DNA of 64,000 bases from Fonticula alba ATCC 38817 (taxonomy: Eukaryota > Protista > Nucleariida): the NCBI GenBank assembly GCA_000388065.2, contig KB932203.1; one strand, written 5' to 3'. Below are positions 58,740 through 64,000 of this stretch, one piece after another. The stretch's first letter is position 1, and each line of letters opens with the position of its first letter. The notes under the pieces were generated by a model. The model was not told the DNA's origin, did not search any database, and worked only from the letters and a program-made list of their open reading frames with translations. The translations under genes were made by a program, and so were the position numbers.

Positions 58740-61700
58740 CCCCTGGCACACGCACAGCACCAACACCAGCGAAGTGGAAGGTGTTCAGGGTCATCTGGGT
58801 GGAAGGCTCACCGATGGACTGGCCGGCAAGCACACCGACCGCCTCGCCCGGCTCCACCAGGGTATGCATGTACCGCTGGTACATGAGCTCCTCGAAGGCA
58901 TCGGCGTCCAGCGGCGCGCCAGACTCATCGTCCAACATGCCACCGGCCTCGCGCTGGGCATCGATGAACTTCTGCAGGGACTTCTCAAAGTGCTCGGACA
59001 CCGATCCCAGATGCACACCAGGCGGGAAGGTCGCCAGAGCAGGGTCATACTTGCTCGGCTTGCGGATGGCCTTCTTCATCATGGACTGGCCCTCCTCACG
59101 CTCCAGACGATGGAGGACGCGCTCGGGCTGGTACTTGGCCAGGAAGGCCTTGTGGTTCTGCACCGAGAAGGGGAACTGCTCCAGGTACAGGCGCTTGGTC
59201 ACATCGAGCGAGTCCTCCCCATACAGGAACTGCACCACAGAGCCATCGGAGTCGCGCACGGTGTTGTCATAGTGGACACGGAGGCCCTCCATGTGCTAAG
59301 ACACGCGCAAAGACGGAGACACGCGCAAAGACGGAGACACAGAATCAGAGGCAGAAAGAGAGGAAAGAAGGTGAGAGCAGCGAAAAAAAAAACACCACCA
59401 AGGACCAGGAGAGAACCCATCCGCGGCCTTGCCATGGCCACACGCCAGCGACATACCTTGATGATGCACCGCTGCAGGTAGCCCGAACGGGCAGTCTTGA
59501 CGGCCGTATCAACCAGACCCTCACGACCAGCCATACAACGGAAGTAATACTCCTGCGGGCGGATGCCCGTGAGGAAACGCTGGGCAATGTAACCACCAGC
59601 ACGCGGCTGGGTGTCGAATGGCGTGAACGACGGCAGCGTCTTGCCGGAGGCCATGAGCGGCACACGGCGGCCCTCGAGCTCCTGCTGCCCAAGCAGACAG
59701 GTGATCTGCGACAGGTTGACATTACTGCCCTTGGCACCGGTGTGAATCATCAGCGACATGTTGTTGTCCTGGAAGAACTTCATCTGACCCTCGGGCAGGG
59801 TCTTGTCAATGATGGAGGAAGTGATCTCGCCGGTCTTGGACTTCATGACGGAATCCATGCGGGCGCAGTTGTTGTCATCACGCAACAAAACGCTGAGCTT
59901 CTGATTGAGACGCTCGGCACTGACGCTGCCCGGCAGGCCGGCCACCTCGGCCGCCACCGAGTGACCCACCTGGGCGATGTCATCGAACATGCGCCGGCGG
60001 TTTTCCTCGGCCGCCTCCAGCAGGATCAGGTCATCCATGCCACAGGTGAACCCGTGGTCCTGGAGGAAGCGGATGAACAGCCGACCAAGGGCAGTCAACA
60101 GCTTGCCGGCGATGGTTCCGCCATACACCTCGTAACAGGCATGCACCAGACCGAAGGCCGACGCGCCAAATTGGTTCTTGTCCAGGACACCCTGCACAAG
60201 ATGCCCCTCATGGAAGATGACCTCGGCCTCCTCCACGGCCGGGCTCTTGGCCGCGGTGGCGGACTGCTCATCGCCAGCGCGGAAATGGTGCGACCAAATG
60301 CGCGCCGGGATACGAGCCTTGGAGGTGAGGTTCAGCGGCGGCCGGCCCTTGGTCAAGTTCATCATCAGGGTGGAGATGACCTGCTTGCCGGTCCAAAGCT
60401 GCCGCGGCCGGACGATGGCCGGCGGCAGGGTCTCCAGATGCTGGATGGACTCCGGCAGGGACCCATGCAGCACCTGGAAATACTCCTCCCGGGTGAAGAA
60501 GGTGTCGCGCTTGGTCATCAGCACACCGGTCAGGACATGATCCTGGATCAGCCCACGAATGGGCTTACCATCGGTCGGCACGATGTACTGATTGTCGGTG
60601 TTGGCGATGTGGTAGAGCTCGGCGCGGGCGATCTGATTCTGCGGGAAGTGGATGTTCATCTCGTCGCCATCGAAATCGGCGTTATACGTGTTGCAATTGG
60701 CGTAATGCATGCGGAAGGTCTTCTCGCCGGGGAGGATGCGCGCCTTGTGCGACATCATGGACGGCTTGTGCAGGGTCGGCTGGCGGTTGACCAGGATGAC
60801 GTCGCCGTTCTTGATGTGCCGCAGCACGCGCTTGTTGATGCCGGTCGAGGCGCCGGCCCCGGCGGTCTGCGGCGTCAGCAGGCGGTTGGCCAGGGCAGTA
60901 CGCTCCTCCGAGGAGAAATGCCGCAGAGCCGACACCGAGCCATCCTCATTCTCGATGTGCGTGGCGCCAGGATGGACATCCGGGCCGTTGATGACCGCCT
61001 GGCGAAGCTCCCGGATGTTGTACTGGGTCACCGGCTCGGGGTACGTGAGCTTGGTGGCGAAGACCATGGGGACCTGGATGCGTTTGGGCAAGGCGGCGCC
61101 AGATGCGTTAGTAAGGGAGCAGCCGCAGCCGGAACCGCGAAGAGAGAGAGAGAGAGAGGCAGAGAGAGGCAGAGGGAAAGAGAGACAAGCAAAGGGAAAG
61201 AGGCGGGAGATGGGCACAACACTTGGCAACATGTTGCCGAGGCAAATGCACAGGCAAAGGCAGGCCTCAGGGCCCCGCCGGCACGTACACCAAACTCCTC
61301 GGTGCCGATGTTCGGGTCGGGGGAGATGACCGTACGAGCGGCGAAGTTCACACGCTTGCCCATCATGTGCTTGCGGAAGAGGCCCTCCTTCTTCTCGAGA
61401 AGCTGCTTGATGCCATTCGGCACCTGGCGCCGCATGTCCCGGTTGAGGCCGGAATCCACCAGGCAGTTGACATTGTCCTGGAGGGAGAACCACGCGGACA
61501 CGGTCTTCTCCAGATCCACGGAAACATTGGCCCCGGCACGCTCGGCATGCAGCTGCAACTCCACCAGGCGCTGGTTATCCTTCAGGATGTTGGTCAGATG
61601 GACGTTCTGGGCATTCTCGAACACCTTGTCGCCCATCTTGGACGCCGGGCGGAAGCGCGTGGCAGGCACCGGAACCACCTCGAAGAAGAAGGATTCCGGA

Positions 61701-63365
61701 GTCACACGCTCGGGAGCGGCGCCGCGAGCGCGCGAGGCCCCCGGACGCGGGGGAGCCAGCGAGCACAGCAACAGCCGGACGATGTCATTCTCCTTGTCGA
61801 ACATGCGGCGCAGGTGTGACCGGACATGGATCGGCAGCAGGGTGCGGTTGTTGCCGGAGGTGGACAGACCATCCTCCTCCTCGTCGCCAACCTTGCCACC
61901 CTCCATCAGGACGCGAGCGGCGGCCTTCTGCTGGGCCAGCTCGACGGCCGCCGGGTCGAGATCCCCATCGGAATCGGAGCTGGAATCGGAGTCCGAGTCG
62001 GAGTCCGAGTCGGAATCCTCATTGTTCCAGGGAGCCGAAGCGCCGCTCATGAGGGTCTCACGCGACATGGTGTCCTCATCGGTCACCTGCCGGCGGCCAG
62101 TGGCCGGGACAACCGAATTGCTTGTGGCCTCGCCGGACACGAAGTCCACCTCGCGATGGCCCTGGGCGTAATTCTGCCGGAGGTAGCGCGCCTGGATGGG
62201 GCGCTGGAAGATGCGCGCAAGGCCCTCCTTGCGCAGAGTGGCCGCATGGGCGCCGCAGTTCTCGCACCGCTGGTGGGGGATCTTGCGGAAGAAGGCGCGC
62301 ACCAGGCGGCGGCGCTCCTCATGGGATTGGATGTACTGTGGCGAACGACACAGCGGGTCAGTGGTCCGGACGAGGGGGGGGGGGGGGGGGGGAACCGGAA
62401 AGACCCATGCCGGGCACGAACCTTGTTGAACTTGCGCTTGCCCTCGCCAGCATTGCCGATGACCGAGGCGACAAAGGCATCGATGCGGGCCATGTACACC
62501 TCCTCCGAGATGCCGGCATTGCCCTTCTCGCTGCTGTCCCAGTTGATGTCCTGGAGGAGGATGTTCTCACCGGACTTGAGGATGGCGCTCTCCGAGGACT
62601 CGGCCTTGGCCGAGGGGGCACGCCGCTTCTGCGGGCAGCCGAGGAGCAGACAGAAGAGGCGGTCAGCGGATGGACATAGCGCGAGCGCGGAGAGGACACC
62701 GCGTCCTGGGAGCCGATCGAGGGCCAGCACAGGGGACCATGGGAACGCACCACCAGGTTGATCTCCATCAGGTCCAGGGCCTCGGTCAGGAAGCCGTGGT
62801 CGATGAGGGTCAGGATAGCCTTGTACTTGTGGGCCTATGGATGGCGGGGGGGGGGGGGGGGGTTCCCCGTGGAACAAGCACCGGACAGAGAGACGGGAAG
62901 CGGGAGGACCACAGATTGCAAGCGGTCAGTGGCAGCCGGGCAGGGGGAGAAAGGTGGCCACACACGGCCAGGAAGGGGCAGGGTCGTGCGCGCGGACGAG
63001 GCACGCACACGATGAGTGGCCATCTTCAAGGAGTGGCAGAAGAAGCAGGTCGCGCGCAGGAACTGGTACATGGTGGCGAAGGTATTGGGGTTGAAGACCG
63101 GCACGGCCAGCTCAATGTGGCCGGCATGGCCGGGGCAGGACTGCTGGTTCAGCGAGCAAGTCCCGCACATGGCATCACGGTCGAAGGGACCGAGAGCAGG
63201 ATCATACAGGCCGCCACGGGTCGGGTGTCCGAAGGCATCAAAGAGCACCGGGTTGTGCAGGGCCTTCACCGACAGCCGGCGGATCTCGTCCGAGGTGTAG
63301 GACGAGAAGTGGATGCCGGTCAGGTTGTGGCTGACAACCACCGAAGTGGAGGGAGTGACGTTCAT
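56920..63365 (-). CDS. POLR1A: RNA polymerase I largest subunit (A190)
   Basis: Multi-exon. The N-terminal Zn site is CGTC...[17 protein letters not shown]. Other motifs are [37 protein letters not shown], the catalytic [11 protein letters not shown], the bridge helix [22 protein letters not shown], the trigger loop [26 protein letters not shown], an acidic expander-like region, and SFETT...SPSARIVVG. Confidence 0.97.
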
Positions 63366-64000
63366 GGTCGGGACGGGGAGGGGGGCTGGAGCGAGGGGGA
63401 TGCGACCGCCTGCTCGCTCTCTTTCGCTCTCTCTCTTTCTCTCTCGCGCAGAGGATCACCACTCGCGGGGGGCGGGGAAAGGCGAGCCGCAGGAAGCGAC
63501 AGGGAGGCAGGTGTGTTTCGGCGAGCAGGCAGCGGAAAGGAAGGAAAGAGGGTGGAGGGGGGGGAGGGGAGGGCAAGGAGGATCGAGCGTGCGAGTGCCG
63601 AAAGGACAGGGGAGCAGCTGGCCGGCCGGCCCGCTCGCGCGGCCTGGATCCTGAAAAGGCCCCCGCCGGCACTGGCGCCGGGCGAGACGCCGGGAATGAT
63701 GCGCGGTCTCGGCGCTAGCGTCGCCTGGGTCCAATTGTCCGCGCGAGCCGGGGCACGCTCGTCCCGTCCAGCCACACGCGATAAAATTCCCGGCCCGAGC
63801 AGGCCGCCCCGGCAGGTCTGGGCGTCGGGCCCCGCCACCTGGCACCCGGGGCTCGTGGCCAGCCGGCTGGGGGCGGGGGGCGGGGGGCGGGGCTGGGGGT
63901 GGCACACGCCGCGCCACACCGCGAGGCCTCATGGCCCAACTCCATGGCGTGGCCCGGGGGCGGGCCCCCGCGAGGCCGGGCGCTCTCCCTGGGCACCTGG

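Noticed and set aside
57335-62171. Long plus-strand ORFs 57335..59272 and 59742..62171
   Set aside because: They are antisense shadows of RPA1 and run through its introns and microsatellites.
56920-63365. Acidic insertions in RPA1 ([13 protein letters not shown]; [13 protein letters not shown]) as possible inteins or novel domains
   Set aside because: They have no intein splicing motifs. Acidic low-complexity loops, including the expander/DNA-mimicking region, are a known feature of Pol I largest subunits.
1-64000. tRNA, rRNA, transposase or reverse-transcriptase genes
   Set aside because: I saw no cloverleaf/T-loop consensus, rRNA signature, or DDE/RT motifs on either strand by eye. A tRNAscan-SE, Infernal or RepeatModeler run would be needed to exclude them formally.

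Overview
GC-rich, intron-containing eukaryotic nuclear DNA (draft assembly with six N-gaps), not prokaryotic. No rRNA, tRNA, CRISPR array or transposon is supportable. The gene content mixes fungal-type genes (Hst3/Hst4 sirtuin), animal-type genes (KIF21-like kinesin with WD40, BLOC1S2, GPAT3/4) and genes with patchy protist/bacterial distribution (FtsX-like permease, PqaA/AprA, GT47, EEP hydrolases). This suggests a non-fungal holomycotan amoeba such as Fonticula alba, which is an inference and not a database match. I reconstructed 15 protein-coding genes by hand from GT-AG splice sites, plus a probable 3' fragment at the window start. In order they are anamorsin/Dre2 (-), Grx3/PICOT (-), a ~1670-aa Rsm22/METTL17 (+), a KIF21-like kinesin (+), a double FtsX/MacB-type permease (-), a PqaA/AprA-like secreted hydrolase (+), GPAT3/4 (-), three signal-peptide EEP paralogs (-) with QTRT2 (+) nested among them, a GT47 exostosin (-), BLOC1S2 (+), an Hst3/4 sirtuin (+) and RPA1 (-). 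The most notable observations are the EEP triad with one catalytically degenerate membrane-anchored member, the adjacent Dre2-Grx3-Rsm22 Fe-S trio, the giant Rsm22, and a non-canonical GT(G/A)CG(T/C) 5' splice-site consensus.
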